This document shows positions 26,341 to 39,706 of a stretch of 64,000 nt of DNA, one piece after another. How positions within the stretch are numbered: position 1 is the first letter of the stretch; each line of letters starts with the position of its first letter. The translations under genes and the position numbers were made by a program. The DNA lies in contig NW_025766525.1 in assembly GCF_003918875.1 (NCBI RefSeq), positions 1,178,001 to 1,242,000 of the forward strand, in the 5' to 3' direction. The notes under the pieces were generated by a model. It was not told the origin of the DNA. It saw nothing but the letters and a program-made list of their open reading frames with translations, and searched no databases. This DNA comes from Haliotis rubra (taxonomy: Eukaryota).

Positions 26341-27458
26341 AAATCGCTGTCTGCAAGTAGATGATGCGTAAAATACAAACATGCAGAAACACAAACATGT
26401 GAATGCCAACATATCTCTATTGTCAGTTATTGTCATTTTTCTTGCACCAAGTTATATCCTGATAATATATTAATATACTCTACTCCAAAGATTTGATAAT
26501 CCAAATGATGAACTAGCCCATGCATACTTTACTTTGGGAAATTGTTGTCTTGCACTAAAAGTGCAGTATACTCTTCTGAATGTGATATATATATGATTGG
26601 CTTCTCATTATATTTCACAAAGTGTGTAATATTCTCTCTGAATTTTATATATATTTCTTTAGCTTAGTATAGTACACAAAGGGCTGATACCTTCCCTTGA
26701 AAGCAGTATATATATATACTTGCTTATTATACTACACCAAGAGTGTAATATTTTCCTTTAATTGTGTTTGCCGCATCATACTTCATTACAATCCAGATAG
26801 TGACGATCAGACTGTTTGTGCCTGCTATATTACTACAATAGTCATATAAAAGATTAGAATATGGGTTTGCATTTTCTGTTAACAGATAATCATTTTAAAT
26901 TGAATTGGATCCGTTATCTTAATTGACATTTTCGCTTACTATCACCCACATATATGACAAGTTATAAACTAATATTTACAGTATTCTTTGCCTCACAAGT
27001 TGGGGTATCCAACTATCCACTGCTCAAACACCGGTCACAACCTGTTAGGAAATGTACAACATGTGAACGTAACGCACGTGCAGAACGTGTCTCTCATGAC
27101 TCGCGTGTTTCACCAGCGACTGCGCTATACTTGATGTAATTTTGATTCAATATTTTCATATTTATGTCCACTTTCAGTAACTGGTTCTAAATTTAGTGAT
27201 TTACTTATTTGGTAATTTAAACCCGTGGGTTTCAAACCTTTTTGGTTTTAAAAACTCAATGAGTATTATCATTTTATTATTTTTTCTTTCTTTTTGTGTT
27301 TATTTTGTAAAAACTTTCTTTGAAAAATATGACCAATTTTCAACAAAACATTTTCACAATTATCATATTTCACGTGCACGTGTGCTTGATGACTTTTTGG
27401 TTTCACAATGTGATCCCACTGGCGGCTTTTCTAAATCTGTTGTGGATACATACGTAAC

Positions 27459-30394
27459 ATGTCTGTTGACATAACGCAGTACAGGCAGGCAGTGGGATGC
27501 TGTGCAGTTACACTTCATGCAAGAAGTGCATATAATCGTCAGATCTATATATTTCATTTTAACTTTAGATGTTTGTATCAACCGTCTATTTCCATATTTA
27601 TCACCATCTTTTACTTTGTTGCGGAGATATTCACCCGAACCCGGGACCAAATAATGATAGAAACTACAGATAATACACTCAATGTCAGAAGTCTCAAAGA
27701 TAAAATTGACATCATTCATGCAGAGATTTTAGACTGTGATGTGACATGTTTAACAGAAACCTGGCTGAATGATAATATTAATAGTAATGATATACTAATT
27801 CCAGGTTTTCACATTCCATTCAGGAAAGACCGTTTAACACGAGGCGGCGGCGTGGCCATTTATGTTAAGCAATACTTATGTCTGTAGAGAGTATGGAAGC
27901 TTTAGACATTGTGGGTCTTGAAGCGTTATGGGTAAAAATAAAATGTAAAGCTAGAAATTATCTCATAGGTACATTTTACCACGCTGACAAAAGTGAACAA
28001 TACTTGGATTTGATTGTTCAATCAATTGATATGGCGATTGATTTAAACATGTTTACTGTTAATATAGTTATTCAAAATGAAAGCAACATTAAAATTGAAA
28101 CGCTAAAACGTTTGTATGGGATAAACCAGATCGTAAATGCACCAACACGAATTACGCATAGCTCTAGGACTTTAATTGATTTGCTTTTTGTTACCCATGA
28201 AAATAGCATGCTTAGCTCAGGCATACTCGATCCCATATGCAGTGATCATTGTCCAATTTTCTTAACGGTAAAAGATAAAATTACCAAAACTGATGTTGTT
28301 ATTAAAAGACTCGTGTACGATTTTAAATCTATGGATAAAGAGTGTTTTCAAAGACATCTTAACGAAATTGATGAAAAAGAAATATTTTCCTCTTGTAATA
28401 TTGACACTGCAGTAGAAATCCTAATGGAAAAAATAAAGTACATATTAAACATCAGTACACCAAACAGACTGGTCAATGTTAGAGCTAAAGATCCCTTATG
28501 GATGAATAGTGAAATCCGTTCTGCAATGCGGAAGTATAACCGTTTTCCTAAAAAAGCTAAAAATCGAAACCGTCGTTCCGATTGGGCTAATTTCCGATTA
28601 GTCAGAAACAAAGTTGTCAACTTGCACTGGGAGAGACGAAAAGACATGGCGAAAAGTTTAGCTCCTCTATTAACAAAATTATTTAACTTGTCTCTTCAGA
28701 AATTCACGTTTCCAGCCGTCTGGAAGGAAGCGTCAGTCATGCCTCCCCATTAAAAAAATAGTGTAAATGAACGTTCCAATTACCGACCGGTCGCACTGAC
28801 GAGCTGTTTGTCTAAAGTTTTGGAAACATGTGTTTTTAAACATGTATTTAATTACTTTAGAGAGTCACACAATGATATTTTAACCAATTTACAATCGGGT
28901 TTTATGCCAGGCGACTCTACCGCTAACCAATAAACTTATTACTATGATTTTATAGCGAAAGGACTTGATGAAGGTAAAGAGGTCAGAGCTGTTTTTTGTG
29001 ACATTAGTAAGGCATTTGATAAGGTATGGCACAAGGGCATCATTTCTAAACTTAAAAACTATGGCATTGGTGGATCACTTTTGAATTGGTTTGAAAGTTA
29101 TTTACAAAACAGATCACAAAAAGTTGTCATTAATGGATACAGTTCCGATTATAAACCTGTGCTGTTGCTGGCGTCCCACAAGGTTCTGTATTGGGATCCT
29201 TACTTTTTATTATATACATAAATGATTTAGTAGATGGTATAAAGAGCCACATATGTTTATTTGCTGACGACACCTTACTTTACGTAATTGTAGATGATCA
29301 CGATACTGCCGCATCCTGTCTGAATGATGATTTAAACCGTATATCTAGCTGGGCAGACAAGTGGCAAGTTACCTTCAACCCTGATAAATCCCGAAACAAT
29401 AAATTTTTCTCGTAAACATAAAAATGACACAATTCCAACCTTGAACATGAACCAAACCCTGATACAAGAAGTGGAAAGTCATAAACACCTAGGTATAACC
29501 CTACAGAGTGATTGTGGATGAAAAAGTAATATTGAGGACATTGTTAAAAAAGTTAGCCCCATGATAAATTGTCTCCAAAGTTTTAAATATCGCCTCTCCA
29601 GAAAAAACGCTATGAAACCATGTTAAAATCGTTTGTGATGCCGATATTTGACTATTGTTGTCATATCTGGGATAATTGTACAAATGATCAGTCCCTCATT
29701 CTTGAATGGTTACATCTAGATGCACTTCGTACAACATGCGGCGCAGTTCGTGGCACTAGTCATCATAGGTTAAATAGGTTCCAAACCCCTAAAAGAAAGA
29801 AGGTGCGACATTACATTAATAATTGTTTACAAGATGAATAACGATCTCGCACCTGACGACCTCTGTGACCTTGTCCCTAACTTTGTCTCTGAAAACAGTC
29901 AATATAATCTCTGTAATAAACTTAAGTTACAAACAATAAATTGTAGGACTAAAATATATGAAAAATTGCTCCTACCTGACACAATTAAAATTTGGAATTC
30001 ATTACCTGATAATTTAGTATTCGCTAACTCAATCAGTGAATTCAAATCTCTGCTTAAAAATGATGAATCAAAAAATTATCTAGATCTAAATTATGGCAGT
30101 CGATTCTGTCAGATCGTACACTGTCGACTTAAGCTCGGCTGTAATGATTTGAATGCGGATAAAGTAAATAGACACATTTCTAACAACCCTGAATGCGCTT
30201 GTGGATACCACAATGAAGATACTGTTCATTATCTTTTTACATGTAAGTTATATACTGCTGTTAGAAATAATACCTACTTCTATGTAAATAGCCACAATCT
30301 CCAAACTGTGTTATATGGAATACCTCTGGCAAACAACAATGTCAATAAGAACATAATAGAGTCTCTGCACCAATACATCTTTAAATCAAAATGA
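27459..30394 (+). pseudogene. CR1-like LINE ORF2 (APE endonuclease plus reverse transcriptase), frameshifted and internally deleted
   Basis: LNVRSL, CLTETWL, RKDR...GGGVAIYV, SDHCPI (APE); NYRPVALTS, FCDISKAFDKVWH, GVPQGSVLG, LFADDT (RT); C-terminal CACG...HYLFTC; linker deletion near 28630. Confidence 0.92.
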
Positions 30395-31271
30395 TTTGAT
30401 AAATTATTCTAGACAATTATATGCAATCAATTAATGAAGTGTAGCTGCAAGCTCAAGGTTTTATAAGCACCTACAACGCACATATATGATTTAATTTGTC
30501 GTTTTTTGTATCCAGTTCCTGTGTATTTTGTTTAAATGATATACATACTGGTGAGGTATTGATATAAGCAGAGTTCTGCTTGTTTACCAAACCAGATTCT
30601 CTAGAAATAAAAATATGTTTGAACCAATATTTTCTTCACTGTATGAATATTTTCTTCACTGTATGAATATGTTCTTTACAATACATGAATATGTTCCTTA
30701 CAGTATAAACATGTTCCTTACACTGCATGAATGTTCAAAGCCCATCCTGGAACTAACTCCGCTGAGAACTGTCAGAGATACTGAGTCATTAAACATCCCA
30801 CACACAACACAGATGACTAAACTCCGCACACTGAGACAAATTTATATCACTCATTTCTAAGGAAATGCATAAAAAATACAACAGAAAGTGATATAAATAC
30901 CATTATTTCTTCATTAAAGGCATTGAAGTAATAATTAACAAAGCTGTTCCTGTTCTTGCCAGTTTAGAATTCCCTCCAAGGTTGTGAGGTGTAAATGGTT
31001 TTCAATCAATTTTTCAAAAGTATATAATTGGTCAGGTGAGTGAAACATAGAAATTGTATTCTTTAAAAGAGGAAAGGGAGCTAACAAGACCTTGCATTAT
31101 TTATTTTAATATATTGCATGACTGAATTTCTGTAAAGAGGGAAAATAAAGACAGTTCTCAGGACATTGATATGGTAAAATTTGTGCAGGCAAATTCATAA
31201 TCCACAATACAATAAAACAATGAAATTTAGCTGAACTAACTAGAACTGGGTGGTAACAGGCTAAGCAGTAA

Positions 31272-31577
31272 GACACATGGGGATTGTTAACATTGTGCAT
31301 GGTTCTCAAATGATGACACATGGGGATTGTTAACATTGTGCATGGTTCTAAAATGATGACACATGGGGATTGTTAACATTGTGCATGGTTCTCAAATGAT
31401 GACACATGGGGATTGTTAACATTGTGCATGGTTCTCAAATGATGACACATGGGGATTGTTACCATTGTGCATGGTTCTCAAATGATAACATAGTGCATGG
31501 TTCTCAAATGGGCATTGTTAACATTGTGCATGGTTTCTCAAATGCATGTTCTAAAATGATGACATTGTGCATGGTTC
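31272..31577. repeat. 43-bp minisatellite, ~6 decaying copies
   Basis: GACACATGGGGATTGTTAACATTGTGCATGGTTCTCAAATGAT. Confidence 0.9.
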
Positions 31578-31965
31578 CTGCCCATTTCCTCCAAATAGAA
31601 TATGATCATCCAAACCTGGCGTCCACAGGAAATATGTGAATGTGACATCATCACTTACGTGACAATCAAAACCTGGTTATATCATGAAGGCTGAAATAAA
31701 CACCTTGAAAACATGTGGCCAGATACCTGAGACAAATGTGTAGGTCATGTACAATAATAGAATATCTCCTCCACTGATCCCTGTCTCATGATGGTGGACA
31801 TTTGGCAGATGTGATATTCAACATTTCAACCCAGTCTCTCACAGTCACTGGCAGATGGATTGATTTTGTGTCATTGACAGCAAAGAATTTAATTATTCTA
31901 CAAACATCTGTGTCATTTTTAATAAAGTTTGCAGAGACACAACAAATCTTTATTACTGTGTATGC

Positions 31966-32224
31966 ACCCATGAAGGTCCGGGTTAGAATGAACCTTCAGT
32001 AACCCATGCTTGTCGTAAGAGGCGACTAACGGGATCGGGTGGTCAGGCTCGCTCACTTGGTTGACACATTGGTTCCCAATTCCGCAGATCAATGGTCATG
32101 CTGTTGATCACTGGAATGTCTGGTCAAAAGACTCACTGACTCACTGTGTATTTATAGACCGCCGCCATATAGCTGGAATATTGCTGAGGTGTCTATTGGC
32201 AGTGTAAACATAAACTCTCTCACT
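31966..32224 (+). mobile_element. 5'-truncated Nin-domain-type SINE
   Basis: Core CCTTCAGTAACCCATGCTTGTCGTAAGAGGCGACTAA (Nin-like, from memory); 3' GCTGGAATATTGCTGAG tail; 20-bp TSD ATCTTTATYACTGTGTATGC at 31946-31965 and 32225-32244. Confidence 0.8.
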
Positions 32225-32770
32225 ATCTTTATCACTGTGTATGCTTCCGATATATACCAAGGTGTTCATTGTTCTATCTTTATCAGGCAGTGTATGCTTC
32301 CATACACCACACACCCTGCCAAGGTGTCTATTGTTCTATCTTTATCACATACACCACACATATGCCTTGTTCTATCTTATATTGTGTATGCACATACACC
32401 ACCCTGCCTAGGTGTTCTATTTTATCATTGTGTTTCTATCTTTATCATCTCAGTGTATGCTTCCATACACCACACATACCCTGCCAAGGTGTCTATTGTT
32501 CTATCTTTATCACTGTGTATGCTTCCATACACCACACATACCCTGCCAAGGTGTCTATTGTTCTATCACTATCACAGTGCATGCTTCCATACATCACACG
32601 TACCCTGCCAAGGGGTCTATTGTTCTATCTTTATCACTGTGTATGCTTCCATACACCACACATACCCTGCCAAGGTGTCTATTGTTCTATCTTTATCACA
32701 GTATATGCTTCCATACACCACACGTACCCTGCCAAGGGGTCTATTGTTCTATCTTTATCTACTATCTTTG
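32225..32770. repeat. 62-bp minisatellite starting at the SINE's right TSD
   Basis: TCTATCTTTATCACTGTGTATGCTTCCATACACCACACATACCCTGCCAAGGTGTCTATTGT. Confidence 0.9.
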
Positions 32771-33095
32771 TTTCCAACATCACTGATCAAGGATGTAAAC
32801 ACTGTTTCCAACATCTATGATCAAGGATGTAAACACTGTTTCTAACATCACTATATGATCAAGGATGTAAACACTGTTTCTAACATCACTATATGATCAA
32901 GGATGTAAACACTGTTTCCAACATCACTATATGATCAAGGATGTAAACACTGTTTCCAACATCACTATATGATCAAGGATGTAAACACTGTTTCTAACAT
33001 CACTATATGATCAAGGATGTAAACACTGTTTCTAACATCACTATATGATCAAGGATGTAAACACTGTTTCCAACATCACTATGATCAAGGATGTG
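32770..33095. repeat. 38-bp minisatellite, ~8 copies
   Basis: TGATCAAGGATGTAAACACTGTTTCYAACATCACTATA. Confidence 0.95.
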
Positions 33096-34884
33096 TACGC
33101 TGAATTACAATGATCAATTGTATAAACACTGTGTACACACTCTGACAACTGCAACCAGGAGTGACAGTTCCGTGGAACAATTCACTGACCAATTATAGAT
33201 CACGTAGTAATAGAATTTACTCATGTCAGCCAGGAGAGACGGATTGCTGGAGTCGGGAAACAAGTGTATGAAGAAACAGAGAAACGGTTTGAACGACTGA
33301 AGACTGGTGCTCAGTGCTGGAGGAATCAGGGCCTGGAACTGATTGAAGGGAACGGTGATTGCAGCCATTGATGCGATTTGAGCAGCAGATGTGTCCTGAT
33401 CAACACACAACTAAAGAAACATGGAAGGAGTAATCACGATGGCTAATCAATAGCAGACGGCAGTAGACAAGTCCCCCTTCCCTGACTCAGACTTCTCCTG
33501 CAAGTCGAGACCCTCCTGCCATGGAATATGCTCCATCCTCCACTACCCGCCATGCCTGATAGCCAGCAGTCTAAGAATGGCAGAATGTATTGAACTGGTG
33601 CCGAGCCGCGATGGCAGACGGGCATACATTATGAGGATAAGCCATGATGCTTCATGTGTTGCCTGATCCGTGATGTATGTTATTGTGTGGATACCATGTG
33701 TGTTTATGCCCAAGTGTATAGAAAACAATGTCAAGGGGGATTCCTGACTGGTTCTGCTTGAGTGAACAAAGCGAGTGAACCATATTGTCTGCAGTGCCTT
33801 TGAAACAGCTCATTGAATTAACAAATTGTGGTGTGGATTTACTTGTGGCTCAATCTAATGTGTGAGTTGCATGTCGTGTGACAGTGGACATACAGATCAA
33901 TGAGAATTTGCTGGTAATCCTGTTCTGAGGATGGAGAGATCGTGTGGATGTCCAGTTCCATTCATACATCAGGCAGTGTCGCGTCTTGTGCTGAAGACAA
34001 TGGAACAGCCTCGCTAGCAGTCTCACAACACTCACTAGCATGGGAACAAAAGCCAGCTTCCTCAACACAATTAGGACCGCAGAAATTCAGCAGGGCTTGC
34101 ATGGGCAGTGATGATGTTTGTCTGTACTCCGTTTCCATAGATGCTGTTGCCGATGCTGGCTGACACTGCAGGATATGCTGTCATGAAGATGCTGTGATGT
34201 GGGTCTGCCGTCATCCGTTGTGTGGAGACACCGGGCCACTGTTGTGCCACAACACGACAACACAATCTGATCATCATGACATGAACTGAGGCCTCAGCAG
34301 TCCTGTGTGATGTGTCATAGTACCACTAGTGGACATTATTATCACTAACTCTGTAGTGCCAACCCCAGCAATAAGTGGTCTGTGTTCTCCCTACACCCTG
34401 CTGCAGGGGCTCTAGTAGTCAGCTGATTGTCAGGCGGAACCACTGTACACTACTGGTGCAGGACTACTCACTGGCAGGATCAGCATTCACTATACATGAG
34501 GTAAGTGTTGCCAGCCGTCACCTTTAACCAGCTTCATACACCACGACACGATACATGCTATTCCGTATCCATGTGTTGATGCATGTGTCTGTATAGTAAT
34601 GATTATTGAAGTACTATATTATTTGAGAGCTGTGCCTGATAACTTCCTCGTCACGCGGTGCTCACTACATACCAGGACATATGTAACAGGGAATCAGTAG
34701 AAACCTGGAACTCAATCTGTGCTTTACTAAGAAAGAGAAATCCTAAATATAACATATGTAACATATAATCAGTGTAGAAAACCATCACCACCAACTACAC
34801 TTAACCAGTCATTCATCTTAAACATGAACAGAATAAAGAGAGGATATCCCAGGAACAGGGTGGATTTCATGGGCAAGCATCTCG

Positions 34885-37800
34885 ATATGTATCTGTGACA
34901 ATACACGTCCTGACATACCCTGGCCTATAAGCTGTACACAGAATATGTATCTGTCACAATACACGTCCTGACATACCCTGACCTATATGCTGTACACAGA
35001 ATATGTATCTGTCACAATACACGTCCTGACATACCCAGGGCTATAAGCTGTTTAGTACACAGAATATGTATCTGTCACAATACACATCCTGCCATACCCA
35101 GGCCTATATGCTGTACACAGAATATGTATCTGTCACAATACACATCCTGACATACCCAGGCCTATAAGCTGTACACAGAATATGTATCTGTCACAATACA
35201 CATCCTGACATACCCAGGCCTATAAGCTGTTAGTACACAGAATATGTATCTGTCACAATACACGTCCTGACATACCCTGGCCTATATGCTGTACACAGAA
35301 TATGTATCTGTCACAATACACGTCCTGACATACCCTGGCCTATAAGCTGTTAGTACACAGAATATGTATCTGTCACAATACAAGTCCTGACATACCCAGG
35401 CCTATATGCTGTACACAGAATATGTATCTGTCACAATACACGTCCTGACATACCCTGGCCTATAAGCTGTACACAGAATATGAATCTGTCACAATACACA
35501 TCCTGACATACCCTGGCCTATATGCTGTACACAGAATATGTATCTGTCACAATACACATCCTGACATACCCTGGCCTATATGCTGTACACAGAATATGTA
35601 TCTGTCACAATACACGTCCTGACATACCCTGGCCTATAAGCTGTTAGTACACAGAATATATATCTGTCACAATACACATCCTGACATACCCTTGCCTATA
35701 AGCTGTTAGTACACAGAATATGTATCTGTCACAATACACATCCTGACATACCCTGGCCTATATGCTGTACACAGAATATGTATCTGTCACAGTACACGTC
35801 CTGACATACAGGCCAGCTGTACACAGAATATGTATCTGTCACATAAGTCCTGACATACCCACAGAATATGTATCTGTCACAGTACACATCCTGACATACC
35901 CAGGCCTATAAGCTGTACACAGAATATGTATCTGTCACAATACAATGACATACCCAGGCCCTGACATACCCTGGACATACCCAGGCCTATAAGCTGTACA
36001 CAGAATATGTATCTGTCACAATACACGTCCTGACATACCCTGGCCTATAAGCTGTACACAGAATATGTATCTGTCACAATACATGTCCTGACATACCCTG
36101 GCCTATAAGCTGTCACACAGAATATGTATCTGTCAATACACTGCGTCCTGACATACCCTGGCCTATAAGCTGTACACAGAATATGTATCTGTCACAATAC
36201 ACGTCCTGACATACCCTGGCCTATAAGCTGTACACAGAATATGTATCTGTCACAATACACGCCCTGACATACCCTGGCCTATAAGCTGTACACAGAATAT
36301 GTATCTGTCAGCAATACACGTCCTGACATACCCTGGCCTATAAGCTGTACACAGAATATGTATCTGTCACAATACACGTCCTGACATACCCTGGCCTATA
36401 AGCTGTACACAGAATATGTATCTGTCACAATACACGTCCTGACATACCCTGGCCTATAAGCTGTACACAGAATATGTATCTGTCACAATACACGTCCTGA
36501 CATACCCAGGCCTATAAGCTGTACACAGAATATGTATCTGTCAGCAATACACGTCCTGACATACCCTGGCCTATAAGCTGTACACAGAATATGTATCTGT
36601 CACAATACACGTCCTGACATACCCTGGCCTATAAGCTGTACACAGAATATGTATCTGTCACAATACACGTCCTGACATACCCTGGCCTATAAGCTGTACA
36701 CAGAATATGTATCTGTCACAATACACGTCCTGACATACCCAGGCCTATATGCTGTACACAGAATATGTATCTGTCACAATACACGTCCTGACATACCCTG
36801 GCCTATAACTGGTACACAGAATATGTATCTGTCACAATACAGTCCTGACATACACCGGCCTATAAGCTGTACACAGAATATGTATCTGTCACAATACATG
36901 TCCTGACATACCCTGGCCTATAAGCTGTACACAGAATATGTATCTGTCACAATACACGTCCTGACATACCCTGGCCTATAAGCTGTACACAGAATATGTA
37001 TCTGTCACAATACACGTCCTGACATACCCAGGCCTATAAGCTGTACACAGAATATGTATCTGTCACAATACACGTCCTGACATACCCAGGCCTATAAGCT
37101 GTACACAGAATATGTATCTGTCACAATACATGTCCTGACATACCCAGGCCTATAAGCTGTACACAGAATATGTATCTGTCACAATACACGTCCTGACATA
37201 CCCAGGCCTATAAGCTGTACACAGAATATGTATCTGTCACAATACACGTCCTGACATACCCAGGCCTATAAGCTGTACACAGAATATGTATCTGTCACAA
37301 TACATGTCCTGACATACCCTGGCCTATAAGCTGTACACAGAATATGTATCTGTCACAATACACGTCCTGACATACCCTGGCCTATAAGCTGTACACAGAA
37401 TATGTATCTGTCACAATACACGTCCTGACATACCCTGGCCTATAAGCTGTACACAGAATATGCCTATATCTGTACACAGAATACATCTGTCACAATACAC
37501 ATCCTGACATACCCAGGCCTATAAGCTGTACACAGAATATGTATCTGTCACAATACATGTCCTGACATACCCAGGCCTATAAGCTGTACACAGAATATGT
37601 GTCACAATACACGCCCTTGACATACCCTGCCTATAAGCTGTACACAGAATATGTATCTGTCACAATACACGTCCTGACATACCCTGGCCTATAAGCTGTA
37701 CACAGAATATGTATCTGTCACAATACACGTCCTGACATACCCTGGCCTATAAGCTGTACACAGAATATGTATCTGTCACAGTACATGTCCTGACATACCC

Positions 37801-38171
37801 AGGCCTATAAGCTGTACACAGAATATGTATCTGTCACAATACACGTCCTGACATACCCTGGCCTATAAGCTGTACACAGAATATGTATCTGTCACAGTAC
37901 ATGTCCTGACATACCCCGGCCTATAAGCTGTACACAGAATATGTATCTGTCACAGTACATGTCCTGACATACCCTGGCCTATAAGCTGTACACAGAATAT
38001 GTATCTGTCACAATACACATCCTGACATACCCAGGCCTACATATCCTGTACACAGAATATGTATCTGTCACAATATCCTGACATACCCTTGCCTATAAGC
38101 TGTACACAGAATATGTATCTGTCACAGTACATGTCCTGACATACCCTGGCCTATAAGCTGTACACAGAATA
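34885..38171. repeat. 58-bp minisatellite, ~56 copies
   Basis: GAATATGTATCTGTCACAATACACGTCCTGACATACCCWGGCCTATAAGCTGTACACA. Confidence 0.97.
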
Positions 38172-38597
38172 AAAGCCTGTAGGGTTTGAAACCTGCTGCA
38201 TGTAATGCAACACTCTACCTTCAGAATTGGGAGATAAATTAAATGGACTATATCAAGTACAGTATTTTTTATTCTTATTATTTCAACTTGGCCTCAGCAG
38301 ACTCTGCGGTGTGGTTTGTAATGAATACTTTACACATTGTTCCTCCCCTGTGTTGAGCAGTGAGTAGGTCACTGCTGTATCTGTTGATGACAATTATTTG
38401 GGGGCAGTTAGTATGTAAGTTGATAAGGATGCAGATTGTGCAGCACTTTATTTAAAGCCACAACAGGTCCATCTGGTCTTCGAATGGCATTTACATATGA
38501 TGCATGTAAGGGAGAGAATTTTATGGATGTCAACTTCTTTATTATGAGGAACACAATGTTTCACAGCATATACATACTCCTTTAGCAGGTGATGAAG

Positions 38598-38672
38598 TGA
38601 GTGAGTGAGTTGGGTTTTACGTCGCTTTTAGCAATATTCCAGCAATATCACGGCTGGGGACATCAGAAATGT
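38598..38672 (-). mobile_element. Short 3' fragment of tRNA-derived SINE, (ACTC)n tail
   Basis: Matches 3' part of the 40784-40948 copy; 12-bp TSD CAGGTGATGAAG at 38586-38597 and 38673-38684. Confidence 0.85.
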
Positions 38673-38978
38673 CAGGTGATGAAGGCATAAGTCTACACTC
38701 CAAAACGTTAGGTCCAATTGTATTTTCTAGCATAGCGTAAAGGTGGACAGTGTGTTAAAAGTGTGTTTAGTACTTCTTACAGAGATATTTTGTGGCAGGT
38801 ACCAAAATATTTGTTCCTGGTTATTTTGCATCATGTTGTGCGAGATGGTGTCCGAGATGGCCATTATATAAATCAAATAAATATTGCTGAGTGCTGTGTT
38901 AAACAATAAAGAAGTAAAGAGAACAAGGGTTATGATGGGTTATGACAAGGGGTTGACTCCGGCTGACCATGTGGCCAT

Positions 38979-39114
38979 NNNNNNNNNNNNNNNNNNNNNN
39001 NNNNNNNNNNNNNNNNNNNNNNNNNNNNNNNNNNNNNNNNNNNNNNNNNNNNNNNNNNNNNNNNNNNNNNNNNNNNNNNNNNNNNNNNNNNNNNNNNNNN
39101 NNNNNNNNNNNNNN
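38979..39114. other. Assembly gap (136 N)
   Basis: Run of n. Confidence 1.
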
Positions 39115-39579
39115 TGTAGCTGTGTCTTACATTAGAACGTATTGTACCTAGAATTCTCCTGGTGTTGTGATCCAGTCAGCAGATACAGCAGCCATTTCGT
39201 GTGCATGACCTTCATATACTCACACTAATTAGTGCTGTACTCTACACAGCAGAATATGCTGTACTCTCTGACTACGCATGACTGAAGGCAACAAGGATTT
39301 GATGTGGCCATCCATCACTCTAAGGTTCTCAGGTACAGAGTGGAACTGCAGGCAAATATTGATAGCAATCAATAGATCAGTGTCACCACTTATAACAAGA
39401 ACCATGACTGACCTTTCAACACATCTCCCACCATTCTGAGAGCAGTGACCTCAGCTCCACCTATGATTGTGAGACATGATACCAGGAGAAAGTCATGTTT
39501 GATTACGTTGGGGGTATGTTCTGTTAATATCTCCTTTCTTTCAGTTGTTACTAACAAATACTTTGTCTTCTTAATCTGT

Positions 39580-39706
39580 GCCGAAGGCCCGGGTTCGATT
39601 CCCCACATGGGCACAATGTGTTAAGCCCATTTCTGGTGTCCCCCGCCGTGATATTGCTGGAATATTGCTAAAAGCGGCGTAAAACTAAACTCAGTCAGTC
39701 AGTCAG
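39580..39706 (+). mobile_element. 5'-truncated tRNA-derived SINE, (TCAG)n tail
   Basis: B box GGTTCGATTCC; 11-bp TSD TCTTAATCTGT at 39569-39579 and 39707-39717. Confidence 0.92.

Larger units (their letters stand above)
23690..30625 (+). mobile_element. Composite 6.9-kb insertion: CR1-like LINE with virus-like cargo in its 5' half
   Basis: Bracketed by AATATGTTCTT (23679-23689) and AATATTTTCTT (30626-30636) within the 20-bp array; ends in AATAAAAATATGTTTGAACC tail. Confidence 0.6.

Noticed and set aside
31659-31690. 32-nt minus-strand exon with good AG and GTAAGT borders
   Set aside because: Stops in all three frames, so not supportable as coding.
38884-39151. ORFs spanning the N run
   Set aside because: Artefacts of the assembly gap.
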